From positions 36,749-100,748 of the forward strand of contig JAUWOR010000006.1 of assembly GCA_030612025.1 (NCBI GenBank): a DNA stretch of 64,000 bases, in the 5' to 3' direction. The DNA comes from Dehalococcoidia bacterium (lineage in GTDB: Bacteria > Chloroflexota > Dehalococcoidia > GIF9 > AB-539-J10). A program made the translations under genes and the position numbers. Positions 52,050-62,255 of this stretch are shown here, one piece after another; the first letter of the stretch is position 1, and each line of letters opens with the position of its first letter. The notes beneath the pieces are model-generated. The model was not told the DNA's origin. It saw only the letters and a program-made list of their open reading frames with translations, and searched no databases.

Positions 52050-52072
52050 AGTTTCACCTCCTAATTATTTTG

Positions 52073-52204
52073 AGGCTGTTTAATTTTGGTTTTCCGTTCA
52101 AATTTGGGCATTTTGAAAGCCTTTCACCCCCAGATTTTTGTAGTTGCCTGATTTATCAGGCACAGTGGCCCAATAAATTGGGCAACTACATTTTTAAACA
52201 GCCT
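52073..52204. mobile_element. MITE-like element, copy 2 (perfect AGGCTGTTTAA TIRs)
   Basis: aggctgtttaa...ttaaacagcct; reverse-complement homolog of 765-895. Confidence 0.75.
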
Positions 52205-52918
52205 TATTTTGAACTCACAGATTGCTTTCGTGGGAGTACTTCAAATGGGCACTCACCGCAGTGTTTCCAAATTGATATAGCTTTTTAGCTCCAATACCTC
52301 CTTTATTGGCCCTGCCAATACTGCCATATTCGCACCGCTTACTAGCGTATCACCTCTTGCGGTATTTGTTAATATAGTAACCCTCTACACATTATTTAAC
52401 CACCTTGTAGTCTTAAGATAGCTGCCAGCCCTTCTCTGGAACTTGGCTCTATGGTGGGAGAAATTGCCTTTTAAGCCACTGCCAACTGATGAGCAAATCG
52501 GAACCTTAGTTTAGAGCTGGATAGCTGATTTGTGAAAAGTCAACACAAACCTATTAACATTCGCTATTTTGGGTAGTAGGATTGAATTAAGGCAGTAGCA
52601 CTAGAGTAATTAACAGCTTGATAGTGCTGTCCGCACAAGGCTAGTCTATTGTTCATAAGGACAATATGCATATGGGGCGGGAGTGCCTGTGATAACTGAG
52701 GCATTCCCCTTGTTTTTATGCACCAGAAGAAGAGGTGATGCCTATTAAGACAAAAGACGCTCAGGAAAGACTAGTAGGAAAGATGAAAAAACCCCGCTAT
52801 TTTAGTGCTGTTGAAGCCGTTTGCTGGGGTTTATTTTCTCCGCGAGTTCAATTATTATTAGAGGGATGAGTATTAAGTTAAGAGTTTATTATCATTGCAT
52901 TTTTGAGCAGAAAGAAAA

Positions 52919-54172
52919 ATGGAGTTAAAGTACGGCAAAGGAAGTGTTAGCTTACCCTTAGAGGGGAAGAATGTAATACAAATATTACATTCAAAAGAGA
53001 AAGAGGTTTTATCAAATCCAGAACATAAGCTAAAAAGGTTACTAAAGAACCCCATAGATAGTCTTTCTTTAAGAGAATTAATCCTTCAGAAAAAAGCGCA
53101 AAATATACTGGTTATTGTAAATGATGTAACCAGGCCTACCCCCTATAAGATAATCTTGCCGCCATTATTAGATGAGTTAAGGGAAGCGGGGGTAAAGATA
53201 GAAAATATCAAATTTATCATTGCTACCGGGATTCATCGAGCTAATTCTGAGGAAGAGATGCGAAGCATATTTGGAGAAGATATAATCTCCACCTATAAAT
53301 TCATAAATCATAATGCCGATGATCCTAATTTATGCTATCTGGACAAATTAAAAAGTGGCAATGAACTGTGGATTAATCCAATCATCCATGAAGTAGATTT
53401 TCTAGTTACTACCGGAGTAATAGTCCCGCATTACTTTGCTGGTTTCTCCGGAGGGAGAAAGTCTATTTTCCCTGGCATTTGCGGAAGAAAAACCATTGAA
53501 ACTAATCATGCGAAAATGGTCCATCCCAATGCCCGAAGTGGCAATCTTAAAGGCAATCCCGTCCATGAAGAGATGCAAGAGGGAGCGGAAAAAGTAGGGG
53601 TAGATTTTAATATCAATGTGGTAACCAATGAAAATCATAAAATAATAGAGGTTGTAGCTGGGAGCTTACTGGCATCCTGGTTAAAGGGAGTAGAGTTATG
53701 TAGAAAAACGTATATTTGTGAAATTGAACAAAAAGCTGAGATAGTAATTGCTAGTGCTGGTGGTTATCCTAGAGACATTAATGTCTATCAAGCCCAAAAG
53801 GCTCTGGATAATGCTTATCAGGCAGTAAAGCCAGGAGGGACAATTATCTTATTAGCCGAATGTCTTGAGGGATATGGAGAAGCTACTTTTAAAGAATGGA
53901 TAAAAGAGGCCAAAACTCCGGAGGATATAATTCAGCGTCTGGGAAAAAGATTTGCCTTGGGTGGTCATAAAGCCTATGTTATTGCCAAGGTGGCAAAAGA
54001 AGTTGAAGTGATATTAATTTCTTCACTAGCAAATGAGGAAGTCTATAAATTGTTTTTTACGCCTATGGACAATTTAGCTCAAGCAATAGACTATGCTAAA
54101 GGTAAGTATGGCGAGGATTTCCAAGCCTATATTCTTCCTTCTGGAAACACAGTTTTACCCCAACTAGTTTAA
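52919..54172 (+). CDS. larA: LarA-family nickel-pincer racemase/epimerase
   Basis: DVTRPTP, ATGIHR, PHYFAGFSGGRKSI, DINVYQAQK. Confidence 0.9.
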   Translation: MELKYGKGSVSLPLEGKNVIQILHSKEKEVLSNPEHKLKRLLKNPIDSLSLRELILQKKAQNILVIVNDVTRPTPYKIILPPLLDELREAGVKIENIKFIIATGIHRANSEEEMRSIFGEDIISTYKFINHNADDPNLCYLDKLKSGNELWINPIIHEVDFLVTTGVIVPHYFAGFSGGRKSIFPGICGRKTIETNHAKMVHPNARSGNLKGNPVHEEMQEGAEKVGVDFNINVVTNENHKIIEVVAGSLLASWLKGVELCRKTYICEIEQKAEIVIASAGGYPRDINVYQAQKALDNAYQAVKPGGTIILLAECLEGYGEATFKEWIKEAKTPEDIIQRLGKRFALGGHKAYVIAKVAKEVEVILISSLANEEVYKLFFTPMDNLAQAIDYAKGKYGEDFQAYILPSGNTVLPQLV

Positions 54173-54204
54173 CCTTGAGGGAATAATTATAACGGAAGAA
54201 TAAA

Positions 54205-55038
54205 ATGAAGCTTCGCATCACAACTTTAAGCGAAAATTGCGCTGGTAGAGGTTACCTTTTGGCTGAGCTGGGGCTGAGTATCGTGGTAGAGACAGATGAT
54301 GTAAACATCTTGTTCGATACTGGAGCAAGCATCTCAGCCAGTTATAATGCTGATGTTCTTGGAATTGATCTCAGTAAAATCGATAAGGTTGTCTTGAGTC
54401 ACGGTCACTATGACCACACTGGTGGTCTACGCCAAATCCTAGGCAAGATGGGGGAAGAGGTGGAGATAATAGCTCACCCCGATATATGGGCAGCTAAATA
54501 TAGCCGCAGTCAAGGTCGAAAGGATAGATACAACGGCATACCTTTTCAGCGCCAGGAGCTAGAAAGACTCGGGGCTAACTTTAATTTAACCACAAAACCA
54601 GTAAGGATAACTGATAGCATAATGACTACTGGTGAAGTGCCTATGGTAACTGACTTTGAGGAGATAGAGCCTGTATTCTTTGTGAAGCAAGATTCTAGCT
54701 GGCAGCCTGATAAGCTCTTAGACGACCAGGCGCTCATCATAAATGCCGAGCCGGGATTGATTGTCATTCTCGGTTGTGCCCACCGCGGCCCTATTAATAC
54801 CCTATACTATGCTCAGCAGCTTACCGGTGTAAAATCGATACATACGGTATTAGGTGGCTCTCATCTTATTCATGCTTCTGAAGAGCGAATATGGTTGACT
54901 ATCGCTGCCCTTAAAGAATTGGGTGTTCAGAGATTAGGACTGTGCCATTGCACTGGTCTGCCAGCAATTATGCTAATAGCCCATGAATTTGAGGATAAGT
55001 TCTTTTTCAACAATGCCGGTACCCGCCTCAACATTTGA
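54205..55038 (+). CDS. MBL-fold metallohydrolase (MJ0301-like family)
   Basis: LFDTG, SHGHYDHTGG, GCAHRG, GGSHL, CHCTG. Confidence 0.9.
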   Translation: MKLRITTLSENCAGRGYLLAELGLSIVVETDDVNILFDTGASISASYNADVLGIDLSKIDKVVLSHGHYDHTGGLRQILGKMGEEVEIIAHPDIWAAKYSRSQGRKDRYNGIPFQRQELERLGANFNLTTKPVRITDSIMTTGEVPMVTDFEEIEPVFFVKQDSSWQPDKLLDDQALIINAEPGLIVILGCAHRGPINTLYYAQQLTGVKSIHTVLGGSHLIHASEERIWLTIAALKELGVQRLGLCHCTGLPAIMLIAHEFEDKFFFNNAGTRLNI

Positions 55039-55091
55039 GACTAGCAGGAGAGGCAATGAGGAGTGAAAAACGCTAAGATAAAAATGGTATG

Positions 55092-55277
55092 CTATGAGCT
55101 CCCTCTTACTTCCTCAATTTCCCTTTCTAGCTCCCTTAATTCCTCCTCCAAGTCTTTCTTGTATTCTTGAAGCATATTAAGGTACTCTTCCTTGCTCGGG
55201 GATGGCCTTAGTCCATGGAAGTAGAAACCAAAAGGAGGAAGCCCGAAGTAAAACCTCCAAGACCTTCTGCGCCACAT
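55092..55277 (-). CDS. Small coiled-coil protein (DUF5320-like)
   Basis: AGGAGG RBS; aromatic/Gly-rich N-terminus, then SKEEYLNML..YK.DLEEEL. Confidence 0.65.
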   Translation of the reverse strand: MWRRRSWRFYFGLPPFGFYFHGLRPSPSKEEYLNMLQEYKKDLEEELRELEREIEEVRGSS

Positions 55278-55338
55278 CTCTATTCACCTCCTCTCCCTCG
55301 CCAGATAAGGGGTGGGGTGGGCGAGGATCACCCTCATT

Positions 55339-56058
55339 CTAAATTGGGCGTCGCTTTGGCACGCCAAGACGACGCGGATACTTCTCTGGCGTAGCACATA
55401 TTTTATCAATAATCACTAAATAGCGCTCACCGCTAAGTTCTTCCAGCTCTATTTTCCTTACTTGGCTTAACTTGCCCCCCAAAGTATCAATGGCTTTATT
55501 GGCCTTAATTATTTCCTGTCTGATTTCCCCTTTCTTTTGAGCCACAAATTCCCCGCCAATTCGGCAGAAGGGCAAGGCTAATTCCACCAAGACAGACAAT
55601 AAGGCTACAGCACGGGAGACGACTAAATCAAATTGTTGGCGATATAGTGGCAGGTGGGCTATCTCCTCGGCTCTACCGATTACTATCTCCACATTACTTA
55701 ACTCCAGTCTCTGAGTAACATGGTGAAGGAAAGTGGCTTTTTTAACCGTGGAATCAAGGAGCACTAATCTTGGCTGACCAAGAAGGATTTTGAGTGGTAT
55801 GCCGGGAAAACCGGCACCTGTGCCTATGTCGATGATACTCAGGTCCGGCCTCTCCGCTTCCTCTTTGGTCAAAGCCAGAGCGACGGTTATAGAATCGAGG
55901 AAGTGCTTTAGCTGCACCTCCTGATAATCTATTATGGCGGTAAGGTTAAACTTTTTATTCCACTCTATTAGCTCTTGATAGTAAAGCTCAAATTGCCTCC
56001 CCTGCCTGGCATTGAGTTCTATCCCCAGCCGGTGCGTTGCCCCAACAAGCTTTTTCAT
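55339..56058 (-). CDS. rsmG: 16S rRNA m7G527 methyltransferase
   Basis: NLTAI, KHFLDS, DIGTGAGFPG, RAEE, SRAV. Confidence 0.96.
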   Translation of the reverse strand: MKKLVGATHRLGIELNARQGRQFELYYQELIEWNKKFNLTAIIDYQEVQLKHFLDSITVALALTKEEAERPDLSIIDIGTGAGFPGIPLKILLGQPRLVLLDSTVKKATFLHHVTQRLELSNVEIVIGRAEEIAHLPLYRQQFDLVVSRAVALLSVLVELALPFCRIGGEFVAQKKGEIRQEIIKANKAIDTLGGKLSQVRKIELEELSGERYLVIIDKICATPEKYPRRLGVPKRRPI

Positions 56059-56100
56059 GGACAACCTGCGGATACCCTCCCTGGATTGAATAACAAAGGA

Positions 56101-56694
56101 TTACAAATCCTCAAATACCTGGGGGGCTATTTCCTTCGCTATCCTTCTTATCTCACTAGCTACTGCTCTCATTTCCGGTAGGGCTCGCTTAGATGCTCGT
56201 AGCTTAATGATGTGGCGAATCTCGCGGAAATTCCAGGTGCAGATTATCTGCGTCTCACAGGCATTAGGGAGAACATAGCGGGCTATCTCAGGCTTTATTC
56301 CCTTACTTAGCAAATCCCTATAAGCTTCCCAGCAAGCCCCCATTACCTCTTCAAACCGCTCATGAGCCGACTCACCCCATTCTTTAATTTCAGCAGGCTC
56401 GATATATCTTGGCTCGCTCTCCTTGACATACCGCTGGCTTCTCTGGCTATAGCTTGCCAATCTATGCCTGACAAGCTCGTGAGTCAAAACACGGCTAGCC
56501 CGAATATAGAAGGTGGCACAAGCATGCTCAACCATTGACTCGTGCCCTATTTTTATCCATTTCTGGATGCGGTCAGGCACTGTTCCTGTCTTATCCTGAG
56601 TATCCCAGCATAATCTTCCCGCCGACTCTATTAGCCTCTCAGCCTCAGGAGTGACAGCGAGCAATTTAATTTCCACATCATACCCATCTATCAT
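56101..56694 (-). CDS. thyX: FAD-dependent thymidylate synthase
   Basis: GHESMVEH, RHRLASYSQRSQRYV. Confidence 0.95.
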   Translation of the reverse strand: MIDGYDVEIKLLAVTPEAERLIESAGRLCWDTQDKTGTVPDRIQKWIKIGHESMVEHACATFYIRASRVLTHELVRHRLASYSQRSQRYVKESEPRYIEPAEIKEWGESAHERFEEVMGACWEAYRDLLSKGIKPEIARYVLPNACETQIICTWNFREIRHIIKLRASKRALPEMRAVASEIRRIAKEIAPQVFEDL

Positions 56695-56770
56695 CGCTCA
56701 CCTCATTATGACAGCTTGTTTAGGTCTATTTCAATCCTAGTGTAGGGCGATTCTAACCAGAACAGTCTGA

Positions 56771-56806
56771 AAGTCAAAAGTCGCCAGTCCCTAGTCGCTG
56801 GCTAAA
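56771..56806. repeat. Heptamer array at the 3' end of the four-helix-bundle gene
   Basis: aagtcaa aagtcgc cagtccc tagtcgc. Confidence 0.65.
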
Positions 56807-57168
56807 CCCTCTTGCAGATACCTTATGAGCCCGGTAAGCAACCGCGCAACTTCAGAGGACAGTTCGTAAGCCTTATTGAACTCTTGAACCTCAACATAGC
56901 CCAAATCGAAAGCCATATATAATTGGCTTTGTATCTCGGAAATAGACCCCTTGGCGATATAAAGAAACTGGACAAATTCTTTATCGGTCTGTCTTGAAAA
57001 TCCCTCTGCTATGTTGGATATTACTGATACGGCAGCTCTTCGAAATTGATCCTTTAAGCTGAAATCCCTGGCGAAGTCACCTTCCCTCGTCATTTTATAA
57101 ACCATTTTCACTAATTCTCTTACCTTTTGCCACGCCATTACATCTTCAAACTTCTTTACCTTTGTCAT
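56791..57168 (-). CDS. Four helix bundle protein (TIGR02436 / 23S rRNA IVP / bAvd-like)
   Basis: FEDV.AWQK, LKDQFRRAAVSVISNIAEGF, FLYIAKGS..E..SQL. Confidence 0.93.
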   Translation of the reverse strand: MTKVKKFEDVMAWQKVRELVKMVYKMTREGDFARDFSLKDQFRRAAVSVISNIAEGFSRQTDKEFVQFLYIAKGSISEIQSQLYMAFDLGYVEVQEFNKAYELSSEVARLLTGLIRYLQEGLASD

Positions 57169-57192
57169 AAACTTCTCCCTGGTAGCAGCTAT

Positions 57193-57220
57193 CGACTAAT
57201 GACTCACGACTAGCGACTTA
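57193..57220. repeat. Heptamer array upstream of the four-helix-bundle gene, inverted relative to 56771-56806
   Basis: cgactaa tgactca cgactag cgactta. Confidence 0.75.
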
Positions 57221-57352
57221 GTTATTCCACTATGGTGCGATTTCTAGCACTCTTGAACCTCGCTAAAGCTAATTATAACATAATGTGTGGGGTATCCTTT
57301 GACGCCGCGCAGACAAAGCTGATAAGCTAGGATACTTGTAGGAGATATAAAA

Positions 57353-58699
57353 ATGCCTGACAAAGTAGATATGGAGAAAATTGTTTCCTTATGCAAACGG
57401 AGGGGATTTGTTTTCCCCAGTAGTGAGATATATGGTGGGATAGGTAGCTGTTGGGATTACGGTCCCATGGGAGTAGAACTTAAGCGCAACGTTAAAGATG
57501 CCTGGTGGAAGGCAATAGTTCAGGAGCGGGATGATATAGTGGGCATAGATACCAGCATCATGATGCATCCTAAAGTTTGGAAAGCTAGTGGTCATGTTGA
57601 TAGCTTCACTGACCCTTTAGTGGAGTGTAAGTCCTGCCATCTGAGGTGGCGAGCTGGCGAGATAAATAATCAACTATGCCCCAAATGTGGTGGTGAGCTA
57701 ACCGAGCCTCGCATGTTTAACCTAATGTTTAAAACTTTTATGGGTCCCGTGGAGGAAGAGGCAAGCACCATTTATCTTCGCCCGGAAACCGCCCAGGGTA
57801 TGTTTGTCAACTTTGAAAATGTAATTACTACTTCCAGGAAAAAATTGCCGCTTGGCATTGCCCAGATAGGTAAATCCTTCCGCAACGAAATAACGCCAGG
57901 AAACTTTATCTTCAGGACCAGAGAGTTCGAGCAGATGGAGCTGGAATACTTTGTTAAGCCAGGGACTGATGAGTATTGGTTCGATTATTGGGTGAAGGAG
58001 CGATTTGACTGGTATATTAGGCTAGGTATTAGAAAGGAAAACCTCCGCCTGCGCCAGCATAGCAAAGACGAGCTAGCCCATTACGCTAAGGATTGTTATG
58101 ACATCGAGTATCTATTTCCCATGGGCTGGTCAGAATTAGAAGGCATTGCCAATAGGGGCGATTACGACCTGACCCAGCATGCTAAACATAGCGGCAGAGA
58201 CCTCAGCTACTATGATGGCGAAAACAATGAGAGGTATATTCCCTACATTATTGAGCCCTCAGCCGGTGTTGACCGTACTGTCTTAGCTTTGCTCATTGAT
58301 GCTTACCATGAGGAGGTAGTTGAGGGGGAAACTAGAGTGGTTTTACGTCTCCATCCCTCCTTAGCTCCCATGAAAATAGCCGTTTTACCTTTGAGCAGGA
58401 ACGAAAAATTGACTCCCCTAGCTAAAGAAATTTACAAACAACTATGCCCAAGCTTCATGACTTGTTATGATGATTCCCAAAGCATTGGGCGGAGATACAG
58501 GCGTCAAGATGAAGTTGGCACTCCCTTTTGCGTCACCATAGATTTCCAATCTTTGGAGGACAACCAGGTTACCATCCGGGAAAGGGATAGCCTGGCACAA
58601 ATTCGAGTGCCCATGGAGGAACTGGAGAAAACCCTGGAGGCAAAACTCAAAGGCGAGTCTTTTGAAGCCTCTCCGCTATGGGCAACAAGGCAGAAATGA
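57353..58699 (+). CDS. glyQS: Glycine--tRNA ligase, alpha2 type
   Basis: [32 protein letters not shown]. Confidence 0.97.
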   Translation: MPDKVDMEKIVSLCKRRGFVFPSSEIYGGIGSCWDYGPMGVELKRNVKDAWWKAIVQERDDIVGIDTSIMMHPKVWKASGHVDSFTDPLVECKSCHLRWRAGEINNQLCPKCGGELTEPRMFNLMFKTFMGPVEEEASTIYLRPETAQGMFVNFENVITTSRKKLPLGIAQIGKSFRNEITPGNFIFRTREFEQMELEYFVKPGTDEYWFDYWVKERFDWYIRLGIRKENLRLRQHSKDELAHYAKDCYDIEYLFPMGWSELEGIANRGDYDLTQHAKHSGRDLSYYDGENNERYIPYIIEPSAGVDRTVLALLIDAYHEEVVEGETRVVLRLHPSLAPMKIAVLPLSRNEKLTPLAKEIYKQLCPSFMTCYDDSQSIGRRYRRQDEVGTPFCVTIDFQSLEDNQVTIRERDSLAQIRVPMEELEKTLEAKLKGESFEASPLWATRQK

Positions 58700-58700
58700 A

Positions 58701-58798
58701 TTAGCTGTCATCTGATAGCTATCAGCTTTCAGTATGAGCGGTTTATTCACGGTCTATTCTGACAACCCTTGAGATTCTTCGCTTTCGCTCAGAATGAC
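58701..58798. repeat. AGCTATC-type heptamer array plus a family B palindrome between convergent genes
   Basis: ttagctgtcatctgatagctatcagctttcag; gagattcttcgctttcgctcagaatgac. Confidence 0.65.
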
Positions 58799-58808
58799 AA
58801 CGCAATCT

Positions 58809-60533
58809 TTATTTAATTAGCTTAAATGCCACTACATCCACCAGTCCCAAATCAGTCAGCCTCAATTCAGGGATTACAGGCAAGGCAAGGAAAGAAAGGA
58901 TAGAGAAGGGAGCTGGAGGCAGATTGCCCAGGCTAGCAGCAACCTTTTCTAGCTTTTCAAATTGAGCTACAACCACCTCTAGAGGCTCGGGGGAAAGCAA
59001 GCCAGCAACAGGCAAAGGCAAAGAAGCTAGAACTTTGTGGTTGACACAAGCAACTAACCCACCTTGCAATCTCTCTATCTCCTCAATTGCTTTAAGGATA
59101 TCAAAATCATTGGTACCTACAGCTATTATATTGTGAGAGTCATGCGCCACAGATGAAGCTAATGCCCCTTGCTTTAAGCCAAACCCCTTAACCAGGCCCA
59201 AGCCAATATTGCCGCTGGCTTTATGTCTTTCCACCACCACAAGCTTCAGAATATCTTTCTCTAAGTCAGGCACAATCATCCCATCCACAACTTTTACCTT
59301 TTCCACTCTTTTCTTAGTAGCTATTTGCCCGGGAACGATTTCAATAATCGGGTAGGTCTCTTCAATGAGATTGCTGCGCTTTGCTCGCAATGACAGCAAT
59401 TCCGTAGTAAGCGGCTTAATACGAACTGTATTAGCTGTCAGCTGATAGCTATTAGTTTTTAGTTGCGGCAGGGAAAATAAAGGCCTGCCCTGTCTTGCCA
59501 CTAACTTGCCCTTATAAAACACCATATTTATTTCCAGTTTGGAAAGGTCAGTAATGGTGACAAGGTTAGCCAGATAGCCTGGGGCGATAGCTCCTCGGTC
59601 ATAAAGGCGGAAATACTCAGCAGTATTAATTGTTGCCATCTGGAGTGCTCGGATTGGCTCTAACCCTTCACTGATGGCTTCCCTTACCACCCAATCAATG
59701 TCGCCTTCACGGAGGAGATCGGAGCAACTACGGTCATCCACTACGAAGAAGCACCTCTTATAAGTGTTATCAGTAACCAAAGGCAGAAGGGCATCTAAAT
59801 TCTTTTCTGAAGAACCCTCTCGAATCATGAGGTACATTCCTCGTTTCAGCTTCTCTTTGCCTTCTTCCAATGTGGTGCATTCATGGTCAGAAAGAATCCC
59901 AGCCGCTATATAGGCATTTAGCTCCTTGCCTTTAAGCCCCGGGGCATGCCCATCAATGATTCTACCTTGTGAAGCGATAATCTTGTTTAAAACCTTCTCA
60001 TCACCGCTGAGCACGCCGGGAAAGTTCATCACCTCTCCCAAACCAATGACATTGGGAGAGGTTAAAAGCCCCTTTACTTCCTCGGTGCCAATTTGAGCGC
60101 CCGATGTCTCCAGTGTAGTTGCTGGCACACAAGAGGGAGCCATAAATAACATATCCAGGGGTAGCTTTTGTGCCCAGTCCATGACAAATTTTATACCCTT
60201 AAGCCCACAGACGTTAGCGATTTCGTGGAGGTCAGTGACCACGGTTAGAGTGCCTCTGGGAATTACCGCCTGAGCATACCTTGCTGGGTGAAGCATAGAG
60301 CTTTCTATATGTGTGTGACCATCGATCAGCCCTGGAGCTAAGTAATTACCTTGTAAATCAATAATTTCCTTGGCCTCATCATAATCCCCTATGCCAGCAA
60401 TCCTATCGCCGTAAATAGCCACATTACCCTGCTCTATCTCGCCAACAAAGGTATTTATTATGCGGGCATTTTTTAGTACTAAGTCAGCTGGTGCCTCGCC
60501 TCTAGCCACAGAAATAAGTTTTTTTAAATTCAG
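58809..60533 (-). CDS. ade: Adenine deaminase, probable CTG start
   Basis: PGLIDGHTHIESS, DGHAP, DHEC, REGS, AHDSHN. Confidence 0.95.
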   Translation of the reverse strand: MNLKKLISVARGEAPADLVLKNARIINTFVGEIEQGNVAIYGDRIAGIGDYDEAKEIIDLQGNYLAPGLIDGHTHIESSMLHPARYAQAVIPRGTLTVVTDLHEIANVCGLKGIKFVMDWAQKLPLDMLFMAPSCVPATTLETSGAQIGTEEVKGLLTSPNVIGLGEVMNFPGVLSGDEKVLNKIIASQGRIIDGHAPGLKGKELNAYIAAGILSDHECTTLEEGKEKLKRGMYLMIREGSSEKNLDALLPLVTDNTYKRCFFVVDDRSCSDLLREGDIDWVVREAISEGLEPIRALQMATINTAEYFRLYDRGAIAPGYLANLVTITDLSKLEINMVFYKGKLVARQGRPLFSLPQLKTNSYQLTANTVRIKPLTTELLSLRAKRSNLIEETYPIIEIVPGQIATKKRVEKVKVVDGMIVPDLEKDILKLVVVERHKASGNIGLGLVKGFGLKQGALASSVAHDSHNIIAVGTNDFDILKAIEEIERLQGGLVACVNHKVLASLPLPVAGLLSPEPLEVVVAQFEKLEKVAASLGNLPPAPFSILSFLALPVIPELRLTDLGLVDVVAFKLIK

Positions 60534-60536
60534 CGC

Positions 60537-61064
60537 TTAATCCTCCACAAAACAGATGTCAGGCAAATAACGGAACTTTTCATTAAAGTCGAGGCCATAA
60601 CCAACGATAAATTTATTGGGCACGGTGAAGCCAAGGTAGTCAATAGATATAGGAACCTGACGGCGAGACGGCTTATCTGTCAAAGAACAAAACTTTAAGG
60701 AAGCCGGTTTCTTCTTCCTTAAGTAATCGAGCAAAAAGGAGATAGTAATGCCGGTATCCACAATATCCTCAATTACCAGAACATCCCTTCCCTTTATCGC
60801 CGTCTTAAGTGGTTGAACCACTCTAACCTTGCCTGAAGTTTCCTTGGCAGCACCATAGCTGGAGAGTTTGATGAAATCGACCTCTAGGGGCAAGTCAAGA
60901 TGGCGAATAAGATCAGCCATAAACACAAAGGAGCCCTTTAGGACACCAATGAGCAAAGGCCGCTTTCCCTGATAATCTCGCCTTATCTCAGAAGCCAGCC
61001 TGGTAACAGCCTTGCCTATTTCCTCACGGGTAATGAGAACCTTCAACTGAGGGAAGCAGCACAT
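60537..61064 (-). CDS. hpt: Hypoxanthine phosphoribosyltransferase
   Basis: GVLKGS, IEDIVDTG, VGYGLD. Confidence 0.95.
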   Translation of the reverse strand: MCCFPQLKVLITREEIGKAVTRLASEIRRDYQGKRPLLIGVLKGSFVFMADLIRHLDLPLEVDFIKLSSYGAAKETSGKVRVVQPLKTAIKGRDVLVIEDIVDTGITISFLLDYLRKKKPASLKFCSLTDKPSRRQVPISIDYLGFTVPNKFIVGYGLDFNEKFRYLPDICFVED

Positions 61065-61209
61065 TTACCAGATTAGTTTACTACTTTTGCTGTTTTTTGT
61101 CATAATTTTTTACCGCGCAAGCTAGAAGATGCTGCGGAGGCTGAGATACATGGGTAACACTCGTGGTATGGTTAGTAATGATACCGACTTACCGTGAGGA
61201 GTTACCAAG

Positions 61210-61522
61210 ATGAGAAAGCCAGCCAGCTTCTACTTCTTTAAAAGAAAGCCAATTGTCCTGAAGGATAGATATGAGCGCTGGAGAGGGGTAACAGACCTTT
61301 TAAGCTTTACAACCCCTGAGAGATTGAGGGTAGAATGGATGGTCTTCTATTATACAGTAGCCGAAGAGAATGTTACCCTCACCGCTCAGCACTTCAGTAT
61401 CTCAAGGAGGACCTTTCACAAGTGGTTCAAGCGCTTTAAAGACTCCAAATACGATGTCCATAGCCTGGCTGATAGGTCTAGAACTCCCCATCGTAAGAGG
61501 CACTGGCAAGTGACCCTCATCT
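61210..61522 (+). pseudogene. IS481-family transposase, N-terminal part, interrupted
   Basis: HTH TAQHFSISRRTFHKWFKRF, LADRSRTPH. Confidence 0.85.
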
Positions 61523-61603
61523 AGGGCTTTGCCTCACAAGTGTCACTTGCCTTAAAAGTCAGGTAGTTGCTTCAAAAGTTAACAGGATGCCCAGCTCCCC
61601 AAG

Positions 61604-62236
61604 TCATTCTGGTGTTGCTACTCGTCCCAAGAAGCCATAGAGCCTATGCATGAAATCCTCAAGATATGGCGAGAACAAAGCGCCTTTCCTATTAGCTTGA
61701 CCAGTTGACACCAACCAATATGCAAATTCATTGGGGAGAGAAAAAGTGGTTTTAAAATCTGCTATCAATTCCGGCACAATTTCCTCTGTCCCATATTTGT
61801 TGTGGAAATCCTCGGTATTCATCTTCCGTATAGCAGCGACAAACTCGTTGGTACACTGCTCAGCACTTATCAAGAGAGCTTCATCCAAGCGGTGATACCG
61901 CTCATCCTGATTTTGTCTTACTCGCTTCCATAATTCACTCCTCAGTCCACTCCGGCTCCTGACTTCATCTGGTGTAAAGAGTGCACAAAATAGCATGTGT
62001 GTTAATAATTTATCTTCTGATGCTTTTCCTGACCTCGCTTTATAATCCCATTCGAGGTCGCAATCTTGAGAGACAACAATTGCATACGGATGAACGATTG
62101 GGTCGAATTTTGCTCTTTTGCGCACATCATTGATAGATTTTACTTCAGGTATCTGCAATCTGAATTCAAAGAGATTATTGATAATCTTTCCCTGCCTGAG
62201 AAATGGGGAATTGTCTCGAACATATAAGGAAGGCAC
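61604..62236 (-). CDS. Hypothetical protein with SQDCDL motif, possibly PemK/MazF-like fold
   Basis: LRQGKII, YAIVVSQDCDL, LIADFK, L.SPYLE; GTG start chosen after GGAG. Confidence 0.6.
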   Translation of the reverse strand: MPSLYVRDNSPFLRQGKIINNLFEFRLQIPEVKSINDVRKRAKFDPIVHPYAIVVSQDCDLEWDYKARSGKASEDKLLTHMLFCALFTPDEVRSRSGLRSELWKRVRQNQDERYHRLDEALLISAEQCTNEFVAAIRKMNTEDFHNKYGTEEIVPELIADFKTTFSLPNEFAYWLVSTGQANRKGALFSPYLEDFMHRLYGFLGRVATPE

Positions 62237-62255
62237 GATGACGACTCCGTTGTGG

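Noticed and set aside
52205-52305. Possible ferredoxin remnant on the minus strand (RBS, HCGECPF)
   Set aside because: Needs several frameshifts; too degenerate to support.
49792-54172. pdxS without pdxT and larA without larBCE
   Set aside because: The partner genes are often unlinked; this cannot be judged from one window.
56791-57168. Diversity-generating retroelement suggested by the Avd-like protein
   Set aside because: No reverse transcriptase and no TR/VR pair seen.
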